Assembly: GCA_017654855.1 (NCBI GenBank)
Contig: CM030338.1
Coordinates: forward strand, 2,046,001-2,110,000
Length of the DNA: 64,000 bases
Reading direction: 5' to 3'
From: Podospora anserina
Taxonomy: Eukaryota
In this document: one piece after another, positions 50,548 to 61,465 of the stretch
How the letters are laid out: each line of letters begins with the position of its first letter
How positions within the stretch are numbered: the first letter of the stretch is position 1
The notes under the pieces: model-generated
Database searches by the model: none
Seen by the model: the letters and a program-made list of their open reading frames with translations, nothing else
Told to the model about the DNA's origin: nothing
Made by a program: the position numbers and the translations under genes

Positions 50548-51525
50548 TTTGACCTCTATATACAGGGTGGGCGAGGCAGTAAAGAAAAGAGCGGTTTTGT
50601 GAATGTGTAATACAGAGAGGTGGGGGTGGTGATGTTCGCGACGCGGTTCGCGATAATTTCTTTGGTGGTAGGTGAACAGCTACGGTGGAACAATTTGATC
50701 GAGTGACGTCGTTGCCAAGGGGTGGGATTTGGATGGGTTTAAAACTAGTGGGCACGGCATGGGAAAAAGCGGGCATGATTACTTTGGACGGGGTCCTCTT
50801 GGATTCTAGTGTGGACAGATACTACAAAAAGGGGCAGATAAGTGGATTAGATCGTGAATGATCATCAACAGACTCCTCAATTGCCGTGAGAAGGCATTGA
50901 AAGATGGTCAACATGCAACTCAAACTCAATGAGCTACGCAGGAGATCGACATCGAATATCTTGTCCAGAAAGCTTAATCCCAGCCACATATTATTAGCCT
51001 CCCCCACACTCCCCTCCCAGCGCACAGACAAACCTGTGTGGCTGGAGTTAAACCTTCCCGCCAAGCCATAAATGAGGGGCAGCACCCAGGCACACCAAGG
51101 CACGGCAAGGGATGTCCCCTGAAGAGGGCGCCCTGAAGAATGCCCGCAATCTCACAAGAGACATGGTCCGCGACGACAAGCCTCACCACACCACATCTCG
51201 GTTGCCGACCTTCTCCCAATTTGCTGAAATAGACACGAACAAACGAGGCCCCGCAGCTTCATTTCACGGCCCGTCGCCAGACTAATTAACCTACCCTGAA
51301 AAACTAGGGGACATCCGCTGCCAAAATTATCCATCTTTTAGGGGATAGGAGAGAGAGAGAGAGAGATCCGCTGACGCAACTGGCCCCGAACGGACTGCTT
51401 ACCTGTTCTCACGACCCGAGACTCCCGGACTTTTGTTGAACAGCTTGGAAAAGGAAAACCTACTTGTACACGAACAACACTTGCTTGAGAGAGAAACAAT
51501 CCAGAAATCAACATTTGCCAAAAAC

Positions 51526-53894
51526 ATGGCGTCCGTGACATCGCTGGACGGCGACTTGCGCCGGTTGCGCCTGGAGAAGTACACGCCCGCCGCTGCGAAC
51601 GAGGCAAAGCAATGGATAGAGAGTGTCATCAGCGAGACCTTGCCCGGAAAAGACCTGCTTGAGGTACTCAAAGATGGTGTTGCTTTGTGCAAGTAAGTCT
51701 GCCGCCGCACTGGTAACCTGTTGTACAACAGTTCGAAGGTTGACTAACACGTGCCCGGCCCCCTAGACTCGTCAACCTCGCCATCGGTCCTCCAGGAGTC
51801 AAGTTCAAGAAATCCGCCATGCCTTTTGTTCAGATGGAAAACATCTCCCACTTTCTCCGCGCCTGCCAAACACCACCTCTCAACCTCCAACAGCACGACA
51901 TGTTTCTGACTGTCGACCTCTACGAGCGAAAAGATCCCGCCCAGGTCCTCCAGTGCCTTGGTGCTTTCAGCCGGGCGGCCAACGCTGCCAACCCAGACAC
52001 CTTTCCCAATCCGATCGGTCCCAAAGCCAAGAACCCGGCGCTGTTAAGTCCACAACCGACGGGTTACAATACTCCTCCACTTATACGTGGTCGGGGGAAT
52101 TCCAATGCTAGCAATGCCTCGTCTTCGGTGTATGGCAGGGGAACGCCGTCATTATCGGCATCGAGAACAGGGGGTGACGACGGACCATGGGGCCGGGCCA
52201 AGTCCCCAACGAACGGTGCAACTTCTCCTGGTGTTAGTAGCTGGAGTAAGAAGGAGCACGAAGGCGCCACATCTCCGGCCTGGAACATCGCCCAGTATGG
52301 CTACATGGGCGGTGCCAACCAGAATAACCTAGGGATCGCCTTTGGTGGCAGGAGACAGATCACTAGTGCTGGTCCTGCAGTTCCAAGCTTGTACGAGAAG
52401 GAGAAGAAGAGGAAGGAGGAGGCCGAGAAGCTGAGGCTACAACAAGAAGAAGAGGAGCGCAAGAAGAAGGCGGAACTCGAAGCGGAAGAAGCACGGGCCA
52501 AGAAGGAAGAGGAGCGAAGGTGGGAAGAGGAGGCCAAGCGGATCAGGGAAGAAGAGCGGAGGAAAATTGAAGAGGAGAAAAGACGGTGGGAGGAGGAGGA
52601 ACGGCAGTGGAAGATGACAGAGGAAAAGAGGCGCAAGGAGGAGGCCGAAGCTGAAAGGCGGTTGCAGGAGGAACGTGCGAAGGCTCGACAGCAAAAGAGC
52701 GGGTCCGAGCTTCGTGGTCAGTACTTGAGCCAATATCAAGCGGGTCAGGAGTCATCAGATAAGGAACGCATCAGACAGCTCGAAGAAGAGCTTGCAAAGG
52801 CACGAGAGAGGGAGGCCCAGTATGAGCGGGAACGTCAGGGGCGGTCTCGCGGACATGGGAACAGGGATGCCAAGAAGGCGAGGTCTCGATCTCGCAGCCG
52901 GCCTGCTGCTGCGGACAAGGTGAGCAGACAGGACTCGTGGAGTGTGAGGGATGAGCAGAACTTTGCTTCGAAATCGTGGCACCATCACCAAAACGAGGTC
53001 GACATTGAAGAGGAACCTCCGTTGAGCCCACCGCTTCCATCACAGTCACCGAGACCACTCCCCGACCCGGCAAAGGTTAAGACCCATCGCACGGGAGAGA
53101 AGTCGTCTTTGCCACCACCGACTTTGCCCATCAGGAAGCAGCCCACTGGCGGTCAACCGCTTCCCATCGCGAAGCAGCACACTGGTTCTCGCCCTCTTCC
53201 TGATCCGACTACTTACTCCGCGACAACATCCCCAGAATCAACCCGACAACTCCCCACCCCTGGGTCGGCTGGTAGTAACAACCGCAGCCCGTTTGCAAAG
53301 CCAACCAGCCCTCGCTCCTCCAAACAAACCACCAGCCCCTTTTCCACTAAACCAACTACCACACCCTTCTCAACCAAACCGCCCACCAACTCCCCCTTTA
53401 CATCCAAACCAACAACCAACTCCCCCTTTGTATCCAAATCCCCCTTTGCCAAACCCGCCCCCCAACCCACCTCTCGCACCGACAGGTACCTCTCCTCCAA
53501 CCCCGCCCCCCTCCATTCCCCCCCTACTTCAACCTTTGTCAAAGAACTTGCCGGGACGGTAGACGAACAAGCAGAGGAGGATCGCCGCCGTCAACAAGCC
53601 CAGAAACAGACAAAGGCTGCCGGGTGGGCTAGCAAGTCCCTCTTGGAAAGGGAGATGGAGCTGGAGAGACAGAGACAAATGGAGTGGGAAGAGAGCCAGA
53701 AGGAAACCGCCAAGGCGGTCAGGACGGCGGATGGGGTGGAGGGGATTGGAGGTGGGATAGGGGGTAGGTGGGATGTGGGACAGTGGAGTGGGTATACGGG
53801 GGGTGATGGGCAGAATAAGGGCGGGCAGGGGATTGGGGCCAATAGGAGGCAGATTGTGGGGCCTAGGCCGCTGCCGGGGAATGGGGGGAGGTGA
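51526..53894 (+). CDS. Calponin-homology (Scp1/transgelin-like) protein with long coiled-coil and proline-rich tail
   Basis: LKDGVALCKL, MPFVQMENISHFL, FLTVDLYE, calponin-like repeat QYGYMGGANQ. Intron 51693-51766. Confidence 0.9.
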
Positions 53895-54321
53895 GTGTAG
53901 AGGTTTTGGTAATGGGGGGGAGGGCTGATGATTTTTATTTGTAAAGGGAGGATAGAGAATACCCGGTTTGGGATGGTCAGAATGATACCAGATTTTCTGT
54001 CAAAGATACTTTTGTCAGGTTAGGCGTGGTGTGTGTGTGGGTGGGTGATAATAGATGACAATCCAGCAAAGAGTGTTTAGGCTTTGTAGAGATGATTTTT
54101 GATATTTTTCATTTTCGCTCCTATGTTAACACCCCTACTCTGACAGGCATGAAGAATATGACGTGACAACAAGGCAAACAATGCTTTTCCAACCATGCCG
54201 AACCAAACCACAAGACGCCGTCGCTCCCATAACTCCCAACCATGCATGGCTTATAAACAACCCCTTCCCTCCCATATCATACAACCCACCACCCCATATC
54301 TTACATCCCCCCACTGACCAA

Positions 54322-57300
54322 CTACCTAGTAAAATCCCACTGCACCCTCTCCCTCCCATTTTCCCTCCCCCCATCCCATTTTTTACTCCCTCCACTCCCA
54401 CTCCCCCCAGGCCAACTCTTGTACCTGACCCCCTCCAACGCCTCCCTCACCATGACCGGCTCCCGCTGCCCGTACCTTGCCGCCCCCGGCAGCAGCTTAG
54501 CACTGGCACTATACGGCTTTTTGAGAATCTTGACCGGCACCTTGGGGATGTATTTCTCTCTCTGAGCTTCTCCCCTCGTCTCCCTTAATATCTCCCTAAA
54601 CTCTGCCTCGTCGTTTGCGATCTGCGCCCTGATGAACCTGAGCTTGGACTTCTCGTCTTCGTGGGCGTGTTCCTCCTCCTGGAGCTGTTCCATCACCGGT
54701 TTGCGGGGGACATACTTGATGTGATTGACTCGCGGAGCATATGTTGGGTCGGGGGTTATAGTTGGGTCCAACCGGGCGAGGGAGCCTTTGGAGAGGAGTT
54801 GATTGATGTCGACTGTTTCCCCTGGTGGGATGGGGATTGGGTTGGAGGGGGTGATGCATGGCATGTCGACTTCTTTTCTTAGGACGGTGTCAATGTCTAC
54901 CGCGGAGAAGAAGGCGCACGATTGGGGGAGGTCGTGGATGCCGACTTGCTGGGCAAACATTGCCCTCGTCCAGAGGTTGGATATTTGAAGCGCCATCGCA
55001 GCGCGGTACTTGTCGTGTTCTTGGACCAGATATCGAATCTCGTCGTGGACCGTGATGGCGAGTCGGCAGGCAATGTTGAATCTCCGGGTGAGGTAGTCCA
55101 TTGAGACGATGAGGAGGTGGAGGTAGTCGACTCCAGAAGACTGAATGGCCCAGTTGATTCTCGAGGTCAGATACCCCCCCTTTGACAAAAACCTCGCAGT
55201 CAACGCCTCGGTGATGCCCGCCCCCAACACGGGGGTGCGAGGGTGGGATTGCTCGGCGAATTCCTCCAGCTTGTTGAACACAAACGACTCTGTCCCTCCG
55301 CGCCAAAAGGGGCGTTTATACAGGGACTTGCGATTGGTTTTTGTGCCCTTTGTCGTGGCGTATAGCTTGCCGGCGATGTCGAGTGTTTCCTGCTCGGAAA
55401 GGGAGGGGTTGAATTGCCTGAGGAGCTGGCCGGCGAATTTTAGGCCCGCACCGTAAATACGCCCATAGTTGAACACCTTGGCGTCGTTGCGGGTGATGCC
55501 CAAAATGGCGGCGGTGCGGGAGTGGAGGTCGGTGCCTTGGGCCTTGGTGCCCTCCAATGTCATGAACCCGATGGCATTCCCGCCGTGGAGTTTAAACGTT
55601 GCGTCTCCCACCACAGAGGCGATCCAGAGCTCTTCTGAATCAACGTCGGCGCCGACAAAGACGTACCCCGGTGGAGCGCGGACCATGGCTTTGAGCTCGG
55701 AACCGACGCGGTTCTTTTTTGCGTTGGAGGCCGTGAGCCAGGTGTTTTCTACCGCGCGGCGGGTCACGGTGCCCATGGGGATGACCTGAGGAAGAATAAA
55801 CCCTGGTGTTGGGGCATCCTCGGGGAGGTCTTTGGGGCGGACAGGCTCGGGGAGGTTGGACTCGTACACCACCAGCTGGGACATGATCCTGTCGCGGGAG
55901 CTGATCCAGTAGGAGCAAGAAGCGTTCATCTCCAGGGCCTCTTTGGCATAGTCGTACTCCGACGACAACGTCCCCTTTTCGAAATAGCTGAGATAGCTCT
56001 TTGCCATGGGGTTGGTGCAGCGAGCCGTGGGACCGTCCTTGTGTGGCAGCTTGAAGTAGGCGTGTTTTGTGTCCTCCTTGACGGCCAAGACTGTCTCCCC
56101 CTCGAAATCACAGGGCTTCATCTGCTTGTCGAGGTACTTCTTCATATCGGCCAAGGGCACTCTAAAGGTCCAGCCATGCTTATCCGACCAAAACAACGGG
56201 TGTCCATCCCAGGACAGCCGGAGAAGAAGTGGTGCAATTCTTGTTCGCACAGTGAGGTTGATAGGGCCTTTAGCCTTGGGAAACAGATTTCTATACCAAT
56301 TTGGCTCCCCTGGCATCTTTTGGTTCTTGTATTCTCTCGGGGGGCTGGTCGGAGTCCCCTTGGTCATCTTGACCTCCTGTCCAGACCAGTCCAGCTGCGA
56401 CATCCAGGGATCGGTACTCCATTTCTCGGGCTGCTTTTTGATTTCGCGAGCCTTGTCTGTAAGGGCAACCAACCGCTCCCGGACACCATCAGATAGCTTC
56501 CTGTACGTGGCTTCCGCATTGGCGATGTAAGAGTCCCATGTTTTGTTGACGGGCAAAATCACATTCGATAGATGCCTCAACGCAGCGAAGCTAACAGGAT
56601 GTGGGCAGACGCGAAGAAAGTTGGGAAACACCACTTGGTAGACACGATGGGTGATGGCCACATCAGCAGCGCAGTAAGTCAAAAGCTCATCCAGCTGCTG
56701 GTTGATGCCATCCCGGTCAAACTCGCCAAAAGCGTTGCGGGCTTCTTTGTCGATTGTGACGCCGAGGTGGAACTGTGCAACATCCCGCAGTGAATTGATC
56801 GAACTCCTTTCCACCCAAAGTTCTTCCTCCTGGGCCGAAAACGCACCATTGTTCAACAATTCGACGAGCTCGGCATTGCTCGACTCCTTGGCGATCTTGT
56901 CCCGAAACTCGCGGTCCTTCCTGTGCTTCATCCACGTTGGTCGTTGTTGCGAACACATGCCATTGACAGCAACGTGCAATGACATGGTGTCCAGGAACGA
57001 ATTCCTCGTCTGTGTCAAGCTGTATTCCTCCAATATCCTCGCCCGATCGTATCCGATATTGTGCCCTATTATCACCCGCTCTTTTGTTGGATCGCCCACC
57101 GGGATGAGCTGATGTTCGTTTTCTGTCTCGCCCAACAGCCACGGCGACAACCAGGCATACCAAGCATCGGCCGTCGCAGCGCAGGCCATGACGGCGTACG
57201 GGCTTTCCTTCCACATGACCTCGGTGTCAAATGTCATGGCTTCTCCCTCAGGCGCATCCACTTGCTCGGTCCGGCCATCGGCGTAGTACTTTGTCCACCC

Positions 57301-57789
57301 GCTCCGGCGCACCCATTTTCTCGGTTTCGGTGGCGGATTTGCCAGGGCAAACCACTTCGCGTGGGTGAGGAAGGGCTCAGAGGCATCGACGCCTAGTTTG
57401 TGGAAATGCTCGTCGAGGGTGCTTCCGACCAGCGGCGGGAGATCGAATGCGACGGGCGCCGAGGTGTCGGTGTTTTTCCCCAGCAGTTCGTGACGTCGAA
57501 GGTGGTCCCGCGCAAGATGGACCAGCTCTTTGGAGGGGGGTGAGGTGTTGCCCTTGGGGAACAGCTGGTCGTAAATGTGCGAGCTCAGTTGCTGTACGCC
57601 AATCTCGTTGTACCGCGCAGTACATGGCACTGATAGGTTTTCGGTGGTTTCGTCTTGAGTAGCAGCGGTTTGCGAAATCCACCGCCGGGATGAGATGGGA
57701 CGTCTGCCGGCGCAGTGTCTCGCAAGACGGATGAAGCTGGCGACCGGCGCGTCTCGTCCTGCCGCGACCCTGCGGTAAGGGAGCAGCAT
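54322..57789 (-). CDS. MIP1: Mitochondrial DNA polymerase gamma
   Basis: Exonuclease motifs FDTE, GHNIGYDR, YCAAD; polymerase motifs GADVDSEE, AKVFNYGRIYGAG, VHDEIRY. Intronless, 1155 aa, with presequence. Confidence 0.98.
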   Translation of the reverse strand: MLLPYRRVAAGRDAPVASFIRLARHCAGRRPISSRRWISQTAATQDETTENLSVPCTARYNEIGVQQLSSHIYDQLFPKGNTSPPSKELVHLARDHLRRHELLGKNTDTSAPVAFDLPPLVGSTLDEHFHKLGVDASEPFLTHAKWFALANPPPKPRKWVRRSGWTKYYADGRTEQVDAPEGEAMTFDTEVMWKESPYAVMACAATADAWYAWLSPWLLGETENEHQLIPVGDPTKERVIIGHNIGYDRARILEEYSLTQTRNSFLDTMSLHVAVNGMCSQQRPTWMKHRKDREFRDKIAKESSNAELVELLNNGAFSAQEEELWVERSSINSLRDVAQFHLGVTIDKEARNAFGEFDRDGINQQLDELLTYCAADVAITHRVYQVVFPNFLRVCPHPVSFAALRHLSNVILPVNKTWDSYIANAEATYRKLSDGVRERLVALTDKAREIKKQPEKWSTDPWMSQLDWSGQEVKMTKGTPTSPPREYKNQKMPGEPNWYRNLFPKAKGPINLTVRTRIAPLLLRLSWDGHPLFWSDKHGWTFRVPLADMKKYLDKQMKPCDFEGETVLAVKEDTKHAYFKLPHKDGPTARCTNPMAKSYLSYFEKGTLSSEYDYAKEALEMNASCSYWISSRDRIMSQLVVYESNLPEPVRPKDLPEDAPTPGFILPQVIPMGTVTRRAVENTWLTASNAKKNRVGSELKAMVRAPPGYVFVGADVDSEELWIASVVGDATFKLHGGNAIGFMTLEGTKAQGTDLHSRTAAILGITRNDAKVFNYGRIYGAGLKFAGQLLRQFNPSLSEQETLDIAGKLYATTKGTKTNRKSLYKRPFWRGGTESFVFNKLEEFAEQSHPRTPVLGAGITEALTARFLSKGGYLTSRINWAIQSSGVDYLHLLIVSMDYLTRRFNIACRLAITVHDEIRYLVQEHDKYRAAMALQISNLWTRAMFAQQVGIHDLPQSCAFFSAVDIDTVLRKEVDMPCITPSNPIPIPPGETVDINQLLSKGSLARLDPTITPDPTYAPRVNHIKYVPRKPVMEQLQEEEHAHEDEKSKLRFIRAQIANDEAEFREILRETRGEAQREKYIPKVPVKILKKPYSASAKLLPGAARYGQREPVMVREALEGVRYKSWPGGSGSGGSKKWDGGRENGRERVQWDFTR

Positions 57790-58936
57790 TCTATTTTGTC
57801 TGGGGGAATGGTCCGCGCCCCTTCAAGTCATGGTGCCAAGTGGGCTGCTTCTATTGGAACGTTCCTTTTTCGAAAAAAAAAAAAAAAGAAGACGAAATTT
57901 TGGGTCCTGGCGGGGATGCTACGACAGTGAGGCCCCGCTCACGGCGGCAGCCAGCAGTAGCTAATCCCAGTCCTGCATGGTGTGTGGGGTCCGGGCTTCT
58001 CTGGGCGTCCGCAGCGGGACCATTTGATTCCCAAAATCCCATGCTGTGGCACCTGTCTTGTTGATAAGATCCGTCCGGATATTTCACAAAGAGTACGGAG
58101 GAGCTCTCATCTGAGGGTTCCTTGAAGATTGATTATATGATGGTATACTGTTGAGAAATGTGATCACAGGTATGCTCTCACGTGCAATCAAGCCTCTTCA
58201 GAGGATGGTGGTGCTTGGAGTCACACATCGGAATATGTATGTCATAATTCAGGTAGGCACAGTAGAAAAGGCAGCTTGTGGATGGGTGAGGTGCTAGCGG
58301 ATCTCCGAGCCCAGCCAAGCATGGAAGGCAACCGCAAACTTTTGAAAAGTCCTCACCAGGCAAGCAAAGTGCCTCAAAAGTGCCAGGTCAGCACATGCTG
58401 TCAGTCTCATGCTGTGATTGCCGGAACAGGCCCTGGATTGGCTGTTAATTAGCAAGTCATGAGATAGACAGAGGAATCTTTCGTAGAGGTAATAAGTGGG
58501 GTGAGTGAGTGATATTGGCGAGGAGCGGCAAACGCAGCGGAAAGACAGGCGGGCGGCTTGCTGGGCTTGAGCTTGGGTTGGGGCAGTTCGGACCAAGAGA
58601 AGGTATAATTTGGAAGCCGCCTCGCTCGCTCGTCGACCGCTTGTTGAGAGAGAGGCGCCTGTCTTGCGTCTGTCTGTCTGGCGATACGACGACCCCTTAT
58701 TAATGCCATTGTCCCCCTTTTTGTGTGTCTTTGTGGCCTTCCACTACGTGCTTTCCAGTCCAGGTGCTCACATCATAAGCTCTCGGGGTGGAGTTTGTGG
58801 TAATATCCTAGCCGTCTGTCATTGCCGCCTTTTCCTACTACCATCTTCATGTTGCTTCAAGCAGCTTCACTATCTCTATATACTTTTCCCCCCGTCGTGG
58901 CTCGTCTCTCGCTTTTCCTTTGCAGCAGCAGCAATC

Positions 58937-60739
58937 ATGGCCAACAACTTTTTTGACTCGGGCTTTGACGAGTTCCTTGGAGGTATGGACAGATGTGGAA
59001 CTCCCTCGAGAAGTGCAGGTGCAAATTGGCTCCAGCCGAGACTAACACAGTTTTTGCCATGAATGACCAGAGCTTGCGAATTTTACACTTCCCTTCCCAG
59101 GTCTGCCTTTACCAGCACCCTCTGTTGCGAGCAACCGCCAGCAGCACACATCTCAGCCAGCCCTAGGACGCCCGGCATCCGTCTCCTTCGAGCTCCCGAG
59201 ACTCCCTGCCTTCGGAGCCGTGTGGCCGGTGCCATCAGCACCCCCGCCGGCCCTTCCTCCCCTTCCCGCCCTCCCCGGGGCCTCGTCGTGGTCTGCAGCG
59301 CAGCAGTGGCAACCACCACGACAGCCTGCACAAGCCGGAGCTCGTCCTGGCGCCGCTGCATCATTTATTTCCAGACCCACTTTTTCACTTTTACACGGCG
59401 CCCCCCACCCTCCGACGCCGATGCCGTCAACGGCTCCGGTTACCACTTCTCTCCCTGGGCCCTTCTTTCATCAACCATCAACAACAATCGGCTCAACCTC
59501 ACCCTCAGCCTCAGCCCAATCCGGTCCTGCGAATCTGCCACAGCCACGGCGCACCACTGTCAACAACCCCTCCCAATTCCTCCCTTCTTCATCTCGTCCC
59601 GCTAATTCACTCCACAATACCGTGAATACCCCGAGAACAATCACCCCAACCCCACCTGTGCACCAGCGCGAACCAAACAGCGACGACTTCTATCTGAACC
59701 AACTCACCCCCGACTTTTCCACCCCTTCTCTCGAATCAGACAGCGACCGCTTTTACCTCGACCAACTCTCTCGTGATTTTTCCAGCCCATCGCTCCCTTC
59801 CACCTCTGCTACTCCACAAAGGTCGGCCACGAGGAGCAATAATCCCGGCACCAACAACGCATTCAGCCAGACACTCCACAGGATTCTTCCCCCTCCAGCG
59901 CCACCCACTGGCCTGAGAGCCCCCCCGCCACCTTCGACAAGATCCACGCCAACCTCGAACACCAACGAAGAATCCAGCGATTCCGACTCGGCCTACACCA
60001 TGCCAGCGTCATCGCGACCAGTGCGTCGTCGCTCTGGGCAAGCTGACCGCCTCACGCTACCTCATGTCCCTCGCGTCTCGGGTGCCTCCTCATCCTCTTC
60101 CGGCGCCGCTGCCGCCAATCAGTCACAAGCAAACTCATCAAAGTCACAGCTGAGCCAGGCTCGGACAGCACCGCAAGCAACGCCGAGGAGAGCGAGCAAT
60201 GGCTCGATATCTGCGGCAGGGTCCGGCACAAAGCGCAAACGCGAGGCGTTTGAGATCGATGACGATGATCTGTTTGGAGACAACGACCCAGAGGTTGTTG
60301 ACTTGGTGGACAAGGACGTGGCTGACCTGACGTCGGACGAGAAGGAGAAGGAGGAGGACAGGAAGAAGAATTGGGTCAAGCTGTCGCAGTTTCAGTGTGT
60401 CATTTGCATGGATGGTGTCACGGATTTGACGGTCACCTATTGCGGTAAGTCTTTTTTTCCAACTCGGGTGAATTTTTAATGGGAGGCAATGCTAATGGAT
60501 TATTTTGTTCAGGTCATCTCTTTTGCAGCGAGTGCCTACATTCAGCCCTGCAAATAACACCCCATAAGCGGATCTGCCCGATTTGCAGGCAGAAAATCGA
60601 GAACAAGAATGCGAGCGGGAAGTTTGGGCCTAAGAGCAAGGGGTATTATCCTCTGGAGATTAAGCTGATGACGAAGAAGAGTTTGGGGAAGAAGGCGGCG
60701 GTGGCTGCTGCTGCTGGTAGAAATACCGGCGAGCACTGA
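58937..60739 (+). CDS. C3HC4 RING protein, SUMO-targeted ubiquitin ligase type (Slx8/Rfp/RNF4-like)
   Basis: Introns 58983-59070 and 60445-60512. CVICMD..TYCGHLFCSECLH..CPICRQ; SIM-like EVVDLVD preceded by an acidic stretch; disordered N-terminus. Confidence 0.8.
59677..59802 (+). repeat. Two-copy 63-bp coding tandem repeat in the RING gene
   Basis: NSDDFYLNQLTPDFSTPSLES / DSDRFYLDQLSRDFSSPSLPS. Confidence 0.9.
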
Positions 60740-61465
60740 GTTTTTGCCCTTGGAACAAAGGGCGATTTCGGCTGAAAGCTTTGTTTTTTCACAGGGGGGC
60801 AGCGGCAATGAGATGAGCGTGTCTGAATCTGTGCAGATATGAATGGATTCACTTGGGGGAAATGGATGGGCTGTATATAGCAAGAGCCCCCACCTCCCCC
60901 TCCTCAAGTTTTGAAGGCAGGAAAGCGCGACTTTATCAGGTATTTACATATGGGTCAGGGTCATGGGACATGGGGAAACGAACTAGGCGCTAAAGGGTTT
61001 TGTGTTGTCAGGCACATGAAATGGGAGCAGGCGTGGGAGTTTTTCATGAAATATACCCCTTTCTTTCTTTTCTTTTCTTTTATGGTGAAATATGGGGGTG
61101 GTCTTTGGGTCTTTTTGTGATTTGGGGGTTGATGGTGGGATATATAAAGGATATGGGAAGGAGAGAGAGATTGGTGTTTATAGAGGGTGGTGGTGTTTGG
61201 TCAATGGTACATGGGAATGGGAAAAAAATATTTGATACCGTGAATCCCATCAAACGCCATTCTTTTTACCTCCTCTACCCGACGACAGTCCTACCCAACT
61301 CAGACACTTCTTTCTACTCCATTCGAGATACATTCGGCTCACAGCTGTCTATGGAAACACCCACTTCCATATTACCACCTCCCTTTTCTCCTCCATGGCC
61401 GCCGCCAGTCTCCCCATCTTACTCGATATCTTTTCTTGCTCATTGACAACCCCTCACGGTCCCAT

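Noticed and set aside
50636-50654. CGCGA/ACGCG cluster resembling MCB/SCB cell-cycle elements
   Set aside because: No perfect ACGCGT, and neither flanking gene is an obvious G1/S target.
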